From NCBI GenBank assembly GCA_001643675.2, contig LSRY02000009.1, positions 1,364,001 through 1,428,000 on the forward strand: DNA of 64,000 nt, given 5' to 3'. Both the position numbers and the translations under genes were made by a program. Shown one piece after another: positions 1-12,214 of the stretch; within the stretch, counting starts at the first letter, position 1; each line of letters starts with the position of its first letter. Below the pieces are notes generated by a model that saw only the letters and a program-made list of their open reading frames with translations, was not told the DNA's origin and ran no database searches. Source of the stretch: Monocercomonoides exilis PA203. Taxonomy: Eukaryota; Protista; Preaxostyla.

Positions 1-2040
1 GCTGGGCTGCCTCCGACTGTCTGCACTGTCGCTGATGAAATGGCTGCCTCTGCTGAAACAGCTGCCTTCTTCACCACCAGCACGTTCTGGTACGGCTCGT
101 CGTTCAGATGCCGCACAGCCTCGCTCAGCGTCTCACACGGGTCTTCCCTTCGCCCACAGTTCTTCTCGTTCTTCCCTTTCTCTCCTGACACAAATACCCG
201 CTCTGACTTGTAGAACACAATAAATGGCACCAAATCAATCGGCTCCTCCTCCACTTTGTCCATCTCGTAGATTACATTATCTCTGTCGAAAGCCAACTCA
301 CTGAAGTCCATAACAAACAGCGCCTCGTTGATCTGCTCAGCAATCGATCGGAAGACAATGTAAAGATCCTTCGACACACTCGCTCTGTTCAAAAAAAACC
401 GAATCAGCCGAAATTTGATTGGCAGCGCCTTCGCTTTCTTCGCAGACTGTGCATCTGAATCTTCTGGATCGTCCAGGCAGCTCAATGCAATTGTGCCTCC
501 TTTTCCTTCACTCGTTAAGCACACACCTGTTACAAAAGACGACAGATTCGCCAGCAGACTGCCTTCATTTGCCCAGCTGTCAGTCAGCCCACCCGCCTTC
601 TCCTTCATCCACACACAAAACGCCCCTCCCAGCTGATACTCACTCTTGCAGTCGCTGAATGTCGAGTTGTCCATCGTCAGCACCACAGACAGCGCGCTCT
701 CATAAGAAATGATCGATGCCTTCGCATTTGTGCTGCGGATGAGATGCCACTGAAGATTCTTCAGTCTAATTTCGCTTTCTTTCATTTCTTTGCCATTCCC
801 TGATAAAATTGATTCATCATTTCCCTTCTCTTCTGCATCCCCCACAGAAATAAACGATCCATCTGCAAAATTCAGAACATCAACAGAAAACATGCTTGCC
901 ACAAAATGTGCAACCGGTGAAGCAAGTTGGATGGCAGATGTCGCAAAGGAGAGTTCTGCCATTTTGGACTCTTCAATCGAAAGTGTCCCAGACGAAACAT
1001 GGAAAAGCACAAACGCAATGCCTTTTTCTGCTGTCTGCATCGCAAAGGAGCATTTGCTAAGCGTGGCTGTTTCCGTCTCAATGAAAAGAGGTTACTTTTG
1101 AAGTGTTTCGAAAGACGAAGGCAGGAAGAAGTTGATGGAGGTAGTGTTGAGCATAAGCTTGTTTGTGAGCACAGCCTCAGAAGGATCAGAAAGAGATTGA
1201 ATAGCTTTTCCCACATTGATTGTGCATTCATCTGAGGAAGGCTCATCAGAAGAGGAAGAAGAAGAATAGCCAGGAGAAGAGGGAACAGCTGGGCTTATTG
1301 AGCTGTTTGAAAGGTCCCACTCGTCTGTAATGGCAGCACTTGTGTTGATTATGATTTCTCTGAACTGAACTCCTTCTCTGAAATGCCTCATTCCTTCCCA
1401 AAACGACAGGCAAGGCTCCGTTTCTGATCCGCACCCATGGATGTCTCTTCCACTCGACGACACAACAACAGAAGTGTCTGTGTGCTCAAACTGCAGCTTG
1501 TCCAATGAAACTCCTTCTGAAAAGTTCACTTCGTCTAACCCAAAGAAAGCCGTTGTATTCTTCCATTCAGTCCAATCAAACATCACAAAACACCAAATCA
1601 GACAAAGAAAATCCATCGATCGAGTTGCAGCAGCTCAGATACAAAAACCCTCCTTTTCCTTTGAAAGTCGAACAAATACAAACAACTCAGAATTCACACC
1701 ATTCCTCAGATCATTCGCCACAATGAACATGTCTCTTCCCTTGCGCTATGTTTCCTCCAATCCTTATGTCTGAAAATGAATATCTGTCATTGTTGTCTGT
1801 TGCACATGTCAAATTAATTCCTCCGCCACATCCTTCAGAACTGCTGCAGATGCTGTTCGTCATTCCCACATTCCTCGTTTTCAGCTGTTCATCTGCCACT
1901 TTCAGCTCAAAAGACATCGCTCCTCCATTTTAGCATCTTTCAGATCCGAATGTCTGGAAGGTGTATCCAACAACTTCGATTTCGTAGATATTCTGAAGAT
2001 GAATAATCGAAGAACACGGATATGTTGCTCCGTTGTTGAT
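1..2040 (-). pseudogene. Degraded member of an expanded Cys/Ser-rich beta-helix (pectin-lyase-like) surface protein family
   Basis: Fragmented minus-strand ORFs (e.g. 1092-1616 'VVVSSSGRDIHGCGSETEPCLSF') carry the G-x-D-x(2)-C-G-x(4)-P-C motif also seen at about 18100 and 27500. Multiple stops and frameshifts. Confidence 0.55.
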
Positions 2041-2822
2041 GCTGCTGAATGAAGAAGATCACAATAGAAGAATGGCTGTCGAAAAATCCTCTTTATCTAT
2101 GTATTTGTAGTTTAAGTTTTTCCTTTTTAAAGAATTATGCAAATAAATATTTTTATTTATGGATGATATTTTGCTAAAGATTCTGATTGTTTAATATGAG
2201 TGGGAATCAATATCATCGATGAAATAAACAAAAAAATTGAATTATGATTTTCACATTCAATCATATATTTTATTATAATTAAAAAAACTCTGTTCGTTTT
2301 CGACTTTTGATTGTTTTTTGATGATTTCGAAATTCATGCATTCTTTTGTGCCCGAAATATTCTGTGCAAATGAAAAAACTCATTTGAAATTTTATCGTTC
2401 GAAAAAACATGGAAAAAATAGAAAATATTGCTTATTTGCATTACTCAAAATATGAACACAACAAAAACAAGCATTTAAAAACATCACATATAAATAACAA
2501 GTATAAAACAAAGAATTCAAAATAATGAAAGTTTAAAAAATATTTATGGGAAAGATTGAATGAAAATTTAAAAGTTAAAAAAAGTGCATTTTCGACAGAT
2601 AAAACTGATTTTAAATGAATTATAATAACAAATTCTTTCGTGTACGATATCAGAAATAATTTTTGTTGACGGTCCATGTTCTTCTAACTTGCCGGAAAAA
2701 CGGGTTAACCGACTATACAAGCGTTATCACAAACTTTATTAACTCGAAGAAAAGGAATAAACAAGAACAACATTGCTCGAGACACTTATTTTCAGGGTTG
2801 GGAGTGAAACGGTGGTGGTCCA

Positions 2823-2926
2823 AAGAGAAGGAATTGATGTTCGATTTTCTTTTCTAATAAAAGTGCATAAGCACCTTTATTGTCAAGAAAATCTTCTATC
2901 AATTCCTTCTCTTATTATTGAGAACC
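2823..2926. repeat. Internal complementary region (ICR) of DIRS family A
   Basis: 2855-2926 matches the reverse complement of 7139-7210. 2823-2858 matches the reverse complement of the right terminus at 42474-42509. The two halves overlap at TAAT (2855-2858). Confidence 0.9.
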
Positions 2927-2930
2927 TAAG

Positions 2931-4805
2931 TTAATTGGGAGATGATGAGACCATCATCAGCACATCTATTGTGATCGTCCTTTGCTTTTCCTCTGTTTCC
3001 TTCCTTGTTTGTTCCCTTGTTCTGATTATAAACTCTTTTCCCTGTGCTGACGTATCTCTATTTCCTTCGGTGAGCTTTTCAATTCTTGTGGGCTTCATCG
3101 GCTGCTCTTCCTTTCTTCTTTGTTCTGAACTCTCTCGTTGACAAACGGAGCTATTGGCTTGTGAACTTGCGGCTTTCTCATTTCCGTTTCTCTTCTTTGT
3201 TTCGGATCTTCTGCATATGGCTGTGCTATTTGCATCCTCTCTATCCGCTCTTTCTTCTTGATCGTTTGTTGCAGAGGCAATGACACGGGCCATTGATGAT
3301 GCAAGATTTGATCGAGAATAATGTTTGACCAACGTATTTGTTTGTGGGGACAATTGTGCAAACTTTGCCACTTGTTCTGGGGGAATTCCTGCCATCGTCA
3401 GTGCTGAAAGGCTTGCTGCTTTGATCGAGTTTGGTGTGAATCTCTTGGGCACTCCTGCAACATATATTGCTTCCTTTGCAAGCTTCCGAATTCCTTCGAC
3501 AGCCAACGGGTGGAAGTTCTCTATGTTCAAAAGTGACTTGTTTGCGTGTTTATTTTTCTCTTGAACTCTCTTCCTCAATTCCTGGATGGCTGATGCAGGA
3601 CATATCAAACTCAGTTCTGGCAAGAATGGATCAGCATTCTCCATATTTGTGCTTGAGATCTTCAACTTTGTGTCCAAATACATACCTTCCTCCTCGAACC
3701 TGCTTTCAAACATATTGATCCTCTCAAGCTCCGTGAATCTGCAAGCAGAAAACAACACAGTTTGGACGATAACCTTCATGGTAAGCTGTTTGAAACTTAA
3801 TCCTTCATTTGGTTCCAGTCCAGAAAAGAACTCAAGCACTATTCGAGGATTCCAAATATCTCCTGTCTTCTTTTTGCTTGACTCGTCTGTCCTTCGGAAT
3901 GATCTGAAAAGGGTACGAATGATAGGTATATCTCCAAGGAAAGAAGAGAACACAATGTTGGAGGAAAGCGATATTGCTGCCCTTGTCAACTGAAGGCAAG
4001 TTAATTTCATGCCACCGTTCCTAAGCGATAGAAACACATTTTTACAACATGCGGCCCACTCCTGAATAGAATCCGGAATTCTTCCATGTCCACACTCTTT
4101 CCATTGTTTCCCAAAATGAACAAATCCATACAGATATCCTCTCCATGTGCTCCTCGAAATGCCTGCTCTGCACTCTTCTGCTAACGAGAAAGGGACGGAT
4201 TTTTATTCCAGTGCATCCCTCCACCATTGTTCTCCATCGCGTAAGGTGCATTCAGCCAGATTATCCTCAATCGACCTAGTGGAAGACTCGCACCTGTCCA
4301 TTGCATCGATGGACCCTTCCATAGAACCTCCTTCTGATTCTTCCAAGTCCATTCCAAATGGTGAATGGATCTTAACAAGCTCTCCCAATTCTGTCCCTTC
4401 CAATTCGGCAGGAGTAAAATCACTTGTGCTTTCTCCTGCCGTGCTTTCTGGATCGTTGGAATCACAAGAGGGATCGATGGATGAGCTAACACGACTTCGT
4501 TCTTCCGGGGAAACATCAGTCCGTCTTCTGCGAGCTGACTCCCTACTCCGCACCATCTTCCCACTTTGCTGTTGTGTTGCGCTGCAAACGCGTCCAGCGT
4601 TGGAGCAATGTTGAGTTTTATCATAATTCTTTCCAATACCTCGTCCCGAACCTCGTAGTCTCCTGCTCTCTCCAGTCGTGATAACGCATCTGCTCTTGTG
4701 TTCAGAACACCTGGAACATGTGATGCTCTCAACTCTATGCCTAGATCTTGTTTCAGTCTCCATAATTTCCTCAGCACTGGTCGAAGCCTCTTCCCTGCAT
4801 TCCAT
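2931..4805 (-). pseudogene. Tyrosine recombinase of DIRS A copy 1 (split by a CAA>TAA nonsense at 4203-4205)
   Basis: 'SACRFTE', 'FTPNSIKAAS' and 'KHY' motifs. Same frame as the open 624-aa ORF of copy 2. Confidence 0.88.
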
Positions 4806-6234
4806 CTGTTTTTATTGAACACCACTGATGTGTTGTCCGATCTTAGGTGAAGAAAGGACACATGATGTTCTTGAAGGATTGGAAAGAATTGACTGAGAGC
4901 AAGTTAGACTTCCATCAGTTCACTGAAATTAGACTATTGTTTCCTCACTCATTGAGAGGAAATGAATTGTGTGCATCGAGGAGATGGTCGTTCAGGAGAA
5001 GTGATGCTCACCATGCCGTCTCCGATGCATCTGTTGTAAGAGTCGCATCCGGGGAAAATACTGGGATAAGCCTGCGTCTTGGGCGTGCTCTCAACTTCGA
5101 TATCCATTGTCGAATCTGCTGAAGGATTGAAGCATTCAACCTCAATTTGCCTTTCCATCCACTTTCCTTTATTCATTTCTGGAGCATACGATGCACGGAG
5201 TACTGCCATAGAGTGGAGTCTGGCTGAACAAACCGGACAGAGTTGAGTTTTCTGGTTATAGAAGCAAGATCTTTCGCTTTCACTATTCTCGCTTTCACAC
5301 AGTAATTTTCCCATCTGCGACACAAGCGAGTCAGTGCTTCTCTTCTGTCTCCTGCAAGCTGAACCTTCATCTTCGACGAGTCCCACTCGAAGCCAAGGAG
5401 AGAAAGCCTTCTTCTTGGTATCAACTGGCTTTTCTCCTGGTTCACCAAAAGACCTAAATCCTCCAGAAACCTGATAATCTCTTTGGCGGCCTGTGCAAAG
5501 TTTTCCTTGTTCTCGTGTAACATAAGGAAATCGTCCAAACACGCGATTACCCGAACATCCCATCGTTTCCTGATTTCTGAAGTCACCTTCCTCATCGCGT
5601 GCGTGAAAATTCTCGGAGCGTCTACGAAACAAAACGGCATTCCTTTGAATGTGTGGTCTTTTCCAGAATATCTGAAAGCAAAATACGGTCTTAGGTCTTT
5701 TTATTCGGGAAGAAGATAGTGAGCTTGTTGTAAATCCATTGTAACTGCGTAATCTTGTCCTCTCAACACACTCCCCACTGTCTTTTCGTTGTCGCATTTG
5801 AAGTGTGTCTTTATCAAGGCTGCGTCCAATCTCCTGCAGTCCAGTATCTGCCTCCATGCTCCCGATTTCTTTCTGATCAAGAACACGTTGTTTCTGTGCC
5901 TCACATCTTCTGGCCTTGTCTCCTCCACAATTTCTGTCTCTATCTGCTCCTTCAATAGATCTGCGAACGCCTTTCTTTGTTCTTCGTTTGAGTGCACGGC
6001 TCCATCTCTGAATGGCATATCCCTTAGCTTCCTTCTCATGTGTTTGCTTTTCCACATCGCTTGCACGCCCTGTTTGATCAACTTGGCACCATCAATTCTT
6101 TCCCAAGCTTCTATGAAAAACTCTGTTCTTCCTCCAATCCTTGTCCTGACTGTGGCTCCTTTCCTCACTCCATCTTCCCTCTCCATTGTTGACCCCGACT
6201 TCGGCTGTAGTGTCTCCAGTTCGTTGTGGCCCAT
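4181..6234 (-). pseudogene. DIRS pol: RT - RNase H - Dam-like N6-adenine methyltransferase domain (stops plus one frameshift)
   Basis: ORF pieces 5701-6234, 5173-5640 and 4181-4861. MT-like 'PTLDAFAAQHNSK...DGL...LAHPSIPL...LLLPNWKGQNW'. Confidence 0.9.
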
Positions 6235-6476
6235 CCAACTCTCTGCCGCTTTCCTCCTCGTGCAGCCTGTGAGCGGGGTTTTCTCCGAAAAAACTGTGAG
6301 CCCCAGATCTTTCTTGGACCAGTGTAATATCTTCTTGGGAGCTTCTGTGTTGTTGAGTTCATCTCTCCTTTAGACCATAAGGAAATTGCTGACTTTCTGC
6401 TCGTTGACTTCACGTGTGTTGAGGAGCTTGTAGTTAATCTTGTCTCCTTTAAAATCTACTCTTGCCGTTCGGTCAA

Positions 6477-6980
6477 TTATCCTGTCACATTCTCTGATTT
6501 CATTCGCTCCGCCATCCGAAAACCAAATCTTCCTTGTAGCCTGGTTGTTCTCGCCTCCTGTGAAGCCTTCGCTATAAGGAGCAGCGCATCAGCACCCCTT
6601 CGTGCACTTTCCCGATGAGGGTCTGAGTTTGCCAAGCTCAGAAGCTGAGCCTTGAAAGCCTGAAACAAACACGGCTCTATCCTATATCCCGCAGAATCCA
6701 ACGCATCATTAAACCAATTGGCTGATTTTTGGCAGAGGGGAGGCGCTGGCAGCAACACTGGGCTGAGATCCTGAATCATTAATTCTTGTTCAAAACTTTC
6801 TTTAGCAAAGGCAGGAAGTTGAAGATCAAAAATGGATTTATTTGGTTCCTGACTGAAAATGCTATTAAAAACAACTGCAGACATTTCATGCATGTCTGAG
6901 TCTCTCTCTTCATCTGCGCTTTTTTCTTCTGTTGCTTTAACTACTGTATCTGGAAGACTTGATTGAGAAGTTACCAACAC
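6477..6980 (-). pseudogene. gag-like ORF1 of DIRS A copy 1 (fragment)
   Basis: Position between the left ITR and RT. No diagnostic motif. Confidence 0.55.
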
Positions 6981-8289
6981 AAAAGAAGGAATTGGTGGAA
7001 GGAGCGTTTGGACCCCAAGCTGGCTTTGAACCCCATTTGGCGGTGAGGCTGCTTCGGTTGCCTATGTAAGTCCAGTTGTTTGCGGGAAAAATGGTGATTG
7101 CATCATTTATCCGATCTTGGCAACTACCCATAGATCGTGGTTCTCAATGAAAAGAGAAGGAATTGATAAAAGATTTTCTTTTCAATAAAGGTGCTTATGC
7201 ACATTTATTATTCTTTCATTCACGGATGCTAACAGGCCTCGGAACTCGACTGAAGGGAAAAGGATGATTAATTATTCTGTTCGGAATTTTCTTTTCAACA
7301 TTCGGCAGAGAAGGCAATTTGGCTCAAGAATTGTCTCTATTGAAAAACACGAAACAGAGGGACAAACGGTGCATCTGCTTCTCGAAACAGCACTCAGCGT
7401 TCATATGCTTTCCACAACTCATGTTGTACCAGTGCTTCGCTTTCAACTCGTTACAATGAACGCTTATTTCTCCCATCTTCCGATGAATTGTCGAATCAGA
7501 TACATTCCTCTCAATTCACTGTATCCTATCGGTTCAAACCAACTTTTCTTTTGATGACTATCTTCTCAACAAATGACAACACGAAACAATTTGAAGCAGT
7601 TAAGTTGCTGAACAAAAGTTCTGTTTTTCACAAAAAGCCACAGCTGTCCTGCTTTGTTTCTCTCCTTATCACTCGAATCCCTTTCAGTTCACCTCTGTTA
7701 AAACTTCATTAGTTTCAAGCAGGTGCAAATCGCTGAAACAATAACTTCCGTTTGCTGTTTCAACGCTTTTCCAGTGACTAATGCAAGAACAGCTATGAAA
7801 CCTTTTTCATCTTCCTATGATTTAAAAGATAATAGTTTAATCATTAATCCAACAAAAGCCGCTCAACTTCAGATTTCTTTTATCACCCATTAATTGTGTT
7901 TCATAATTGGCATCTTGCATCAGTTGATTTTCAGTGAAAAAGATAGGTCATTTAACTTGACTGAAGGAAAAAAAAGACTGCATGAAATGAATATTGACAA
8001 CACTGCTTTTAAAAGCACTATTTGATATTTATAAGCAAATCTGAACAGAATTTGTATGTTGTAAAAAAAAACATAATACTGTTATTGAATTTGTTTTTTG
8101 TTTTTGTTTTTGGTTTGACAGTGATTGTTGTGCATTATCGTATTAGCAAGCAATGCTCATATCTATGTTTCTTTTTAGAATTTTGAAAGTTAAAAAAAAA
8201 ACACTCGACACAGGTTTTTTCTTTCTACCGACACCATTCGTCAAAAAAAGATCCTTGTCGCAAAGGCCAAGTTAAAAATGCGAAAGTGA

Positions 8290-9797
8290 TTAAAAACAGA
8301 AATTGAAGAATCCACACAAAATGCAAACATCACTCAATGCCAAAAAAGCCATTTCCACTTTTTTTTGTGCATCCTCGTTTTCTTCCTTGTTCAATGCAAC
8401 TTTCAAAAGGCATTTCACTCAATTTCATAGTAGGTCGTCGTTGATAAAATTATATATCATACGCCAAAAAAAAAATTGAAGGGTTACACTTTTTCTCTGA
8501 CCTATATTTTAACCCCCAACCTTTTTTCTGAGAAGCTGGATACGGCTTAATACAAGCTCGTAGCCAACGAAAAATAACTAGAAATGTTTATTTTAATATA
8601 TTTAACTTATGCAGCAATAATTTTGTAACGAATTTTTTTTTCTTGGAGATCTCTGTATTTTTAAATTGTATTTTTTGATCATTAAATTGATGGTCTTTCC
8701 ATGAATATTACATTCTTGAAGTTTTAAGCAACATCAACATTACACATCATATCATTTTTATTATTTTTATAACTTTTCACATTTCACAAGTTTCTTTTTC
8801 ACTTGTTTTCTCATTTCATCCACTTTTCGAAAAAATGCTATTATTGATAGTTTTAAGAACAATTTTTTAATTTCAAAAGCATTTCATTTTAAACTCAATA
8901 CACAGTTGTACACTCACTTAATTTTTTACCAAATATATGTGATTGTTTTTTAAAATCAAAACTGCTGAAATTGATGTTTTTCATCTTTATGTTTGAAATC
9001 AAATATGCAAAACTTTTTTGTACATCAAAGTTATTAACATTTTTAAATATACTAAGGATAATCAAAAAAGTTTTCAAAAAATTCATCATTCTTTAAAATT
9101 TTTCATTTTTTCAAAAAGTGAATGAAATGAGAAAACAAGTGAAAAAGAAACAAGTGAAATGTGAAAAGTTATCAAAGAAATAAAAAGGATATGAGGTGTA
9201 ATGATGGTGTAGCTTAAAACTTCCAGAATGTTATATTCATGGAAAGACCATCAATTCAATGATCAAAAAATAAAATTAAAAAATACAGAGATCTCAAAGT
9301 TAAAAATTTTTCGTTAAAAATTTTTTTCTGTAAAATTTAAATTTATTAAAATAAACATTTCTAGTAATTTTTTGTTAGCTACAAGCTTGTATTAAGAAGT
9401 AGCCAGCTCCACAAAAAAAAAGGTTGGGGGTTAAAATATAGGTCGGAGAAAAAGTGTAACCCAATTCACAAAGATCAACCTATAATCTCTCATCCTTTCC
9501 CTCTTTTTTGTTTCCTTCTTCAACAATCATCCTGATAAATCTATTTTTCAAAGAAATATCTGAAAAATAAAGATGGCCTCTCAATTTTTTTGTGTTTTTA
9601 TATCCAACATGCTTCAGCAACATTGAGGATTTTTCAAAAGGATATTTGTTAAATTCATTCAATTTGTGATTTTCATCAAATTCTTCATTCCAGAAAAATT
9701 GCTTCAATTCTTCTTTGACCATATTCTTCAGCATTCCATTCATCTTCTCCTTCAGCAGACTTTTTTCTTCTTCTGAAAAATCCAGTTCAGGAAACAT
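8290..9797 (-). pseudogene. Expanded lineage-specific helical-repeat family gene, N-terminal part, interrupted by the 8481-9462 palindrome
   Basis: 'SMLLKHVGY...KDERL*VDLCE' lies on one side of the insertion and 'KCLLKVALNKEENEDAQKKVEMAFLALS' on the other. The latter motif recurs at about 11510. Confidence 0.7.
8481..9462. mobile_element. 982-bp palindromic (foldback/MITE-like) element P1
   Basis: GGGTTACACTTTTTCTC...GAGAAAAAGTGTAACCC ends, imperfect arms of about 360 bp. Inserted in a host coding sequence. Flanked by AA/AA. Confidence 0.88.
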
Positions 9798-10288
9798 TTC
9801 TTTAAAAAAATCAAATAATTAAAAGCAGTCTTCAATCCCTTGAATAAATCAATTGCACGCATGTAAAACTTGTTCCATATCTATCATCTCCAATATGTTC
9901 AAAAAGCAATGTGAATAGAAAGAGTTTATGATAATCCATTCATTGAAAAACAAAGGAATGAAAAAGAGAAAAAATGGATGAAATGAAAATACTGATAACA
10001 GGCATGAAAAAAACCATAGCTCACACCACTCTTTCATGAATTGTAATTCAGACAAGAAAATATTACGAAATGCAAAAGAAAATTCTTTCAAGTTCTTTGC
10101 AATAGATGTTTTGATCGAATAATTAACAAGAATCTAGTGCATGAAAAAATGACTACATTTTGCACAGTTGCTATCCATATTCTCTTTCCAAACTCAATGT
10201 GTTTTTCTGAAAGGTGGAGACAGGATTCAATAACTATTTGTCAGATTCTCTGGATTAAAGAATGGTGCAAATGGAACTATCTTCATTA

Positions 10289-11274
10289 GGTGAGTATTTT
10301 TATTGGCACCAGTTTTTTTATTGGCACCAAAAATTATTTTCATTATCTTCATTTCATTAAAGCTCATAAAATCTGTTTCATAACATAAGTACAATAAACA
10401 TATAAAAATTAAGCTACACGTCAAATATTTTTTCAAAAAACATTCTCAGAAAAACGATCTAATAATTTTTAACTTTTATATTTCGATCAATACTTTGCTC
10501 GTATTTTCTTGACTGATTGTTGTTTCGAGTTTTTGATCACGGTATTTACAAAAACAACTGTATTTTCCGTATTTGTTACTTATTCATTATATTTTGAATC
10601 ATTTATTTAAGTGTATTTTTGCATTTCACCATTTTTGTTAAAACATGCAAAATAAAGTAAATGTGTTTGCCTTGTCAAAAAATGTCAAAAGATATATGTA
10701 AAATAATCTTTGTTGAATATCGAACATGTTTTGAAAACGATTATATATTCAAAATTAAAAAGAAATCAAAGGATCATGTATATTAAAGAATTGCATTTAT
10801 TAAAGTAATGAAAAATTGGCAATTATCAAATACCAAGGATTAATTTATAAATACACCTTTTATATATTTTCAACCTCATGTGAATCAATAAAACAAACAC
10901 ATTTACTTTATTTTGCATGTTTTAACAAAAATGGTGAAATGCAAAAATACACTTAAATAAATGATTCAAAATATAATGAATAAGTAACAAATACGGAAAA
11001 TACAGTTGTTTTTGTAAATACCGTGATCAAAAACTCGAAACAACAATCAGTCAAGAAAATACGAGCAAAGTATTGATCGAAATATAAAAGTTAAAAATTA
11101 TTAGATCGTTTTTCTGAGAATGTTTTTTGAAAAAATATTTGACGTGTAGCTTAATTTTTATATGTTTATTGTACTTATGTTATGAAACAGATTTTATGAG
11201 CTTTAATGAAATGAAGATAATGAAAATAATTTTTGGTGCCAATAAAAAAACTGGTGCCAATAAAAATACTCACC
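10289..11274. mobile_element. 986-bp palindromic element P2, TA target duplication
   Basis: TA|GGTGAGTATTTTTATTGGCACC...GGTGCCAATAAAAATACTCACC|TA. Arms of about 380 bp with no mismatch I could find (mirrored ORFs 10227-10436 and 11127-11312). Confidence 0.92.
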
Positions 11275-11489
11275 TATTATTGGGCATCAAAGAATACAAA
11301 CAAAAAGTTTGAACTTTTTTCAACTTTATTGTGATAATTGATTGGACGCGCATGTGATAAAATCAACACATCAATTTTCAAAAACAAAATTTTCATCATC
11401 ATTAAAAACGTCACATTAAAGATTTGTTCAAATTTTGTTGGAAATATGCAATATCAAAAATCCATTTTTTTTAAACAAGGAATATTTAG

Positions 11490-11890
11490 CTCAAAGAAAA
11501 CAATTCGATCAAAACAAAGAAACACAAAAAGAAGTGGAAATGAATTTGTTGGCTTTGAACCATGTTGGATATTCTGTATGAGCATTTCAATTTTCTTTTT
11601 GATATAGTTTATTATTCCCCCCTTTTTTTAAAAAGGAAATTGAACAAGAACTGTTTATGAGTGAAATCAAAGAAATTATCCAGTATCATCAGGAATATCA
11701 CAATCTCACACGACTTGCCTATCAGTCTGCTTTGCAAATTGTGAAAAGCAGATTTTTCTGCAATGGATCATTGAAATTTATAATTGTGAGTTTTCTTCGT
11801 TTTGTAAGAAAGGCAGCAAGAGAGTTGGAAGCTTTGATGAAATGTGCAAATTGGAAGAAAAACGCTGATGAATATGAAAAAAGAAGGAGA
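11490..11890 (+). pseudogene. Helical-repeat family fragment (middle part)
   Basis: 'NKETQKEVEMNLLALN', a probable short intron, then 'EIEQELFMSEIKEIIQYHQEYHNLTRLAYQSA'. Confidence 0.6.
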
Positions 11891-12214
11891 GATGGAAGGA
11901 GAAGAGGAGAAGAGGAGAAAAGGAGAAGAAGAGAAGAAGAGAAGATGAAGATAATAATAATGATAACGTTGCGGTTCAATTTGAGTGCAAAGCAAAGACT
12001 GCTTTTGCAAAACAGATTTATTCCACTTACAATATTACCTTCCACATTCTCCCTTCCCAACTCCCATGTGCCTGCATCTGATCATGTCTCTCTCTCTATC
12101 TTCTCTATCTTCTTCTCTTTCTCCATTTTTCTCAACTTTTCCCACTTCTTTTCCCATTTCTTTCATCTACTGCTTCTCCCTCACTCAAATTATTCAGCGC
12201 CAAACTTCCACCGT

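Larger units (their letters stand above)
2693..7210 (-). mobile_element. DIRS-type YR retrotransposon, family A, copy 1 (left ITR and ICR present, right end missing, pol disabled)
   Basis: gag-like ORF 6477-6980. RT motifs 'WRQILDCRRL', 'TMDLQQAH', 'GMPF', 'ACLDD'. RNase H 'TTDAS', 'RSDN', 'ADALSR'. Dam-like domain and YR. Left terminus 7125-7210 is complementary to ICR 2855-2926. Confidence 0.93.

Noticed and set aside
4203-4205. Alternative genetic code (TAA/TAG = Gln), suggested by the CAA/TAA swap
   Set aside because: The AT-rich GT25 ORF has many CAA codons, no internal TAR and ends in TAA. Pseudogenes also contain TGA stops and frameshifts.
4071-4211. Diversity-generating retroelement (TR/VR pair next to an RT)
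   Set aside because: The differences are not adenine-specific and are mostly synonymous, and the RT is DIRS-type.
10227-11312. Two small genes 'MKKYLTCSLIF...' on opposite strands
   Set aside because: They are mirror images produced by the arms of palindrome P2.
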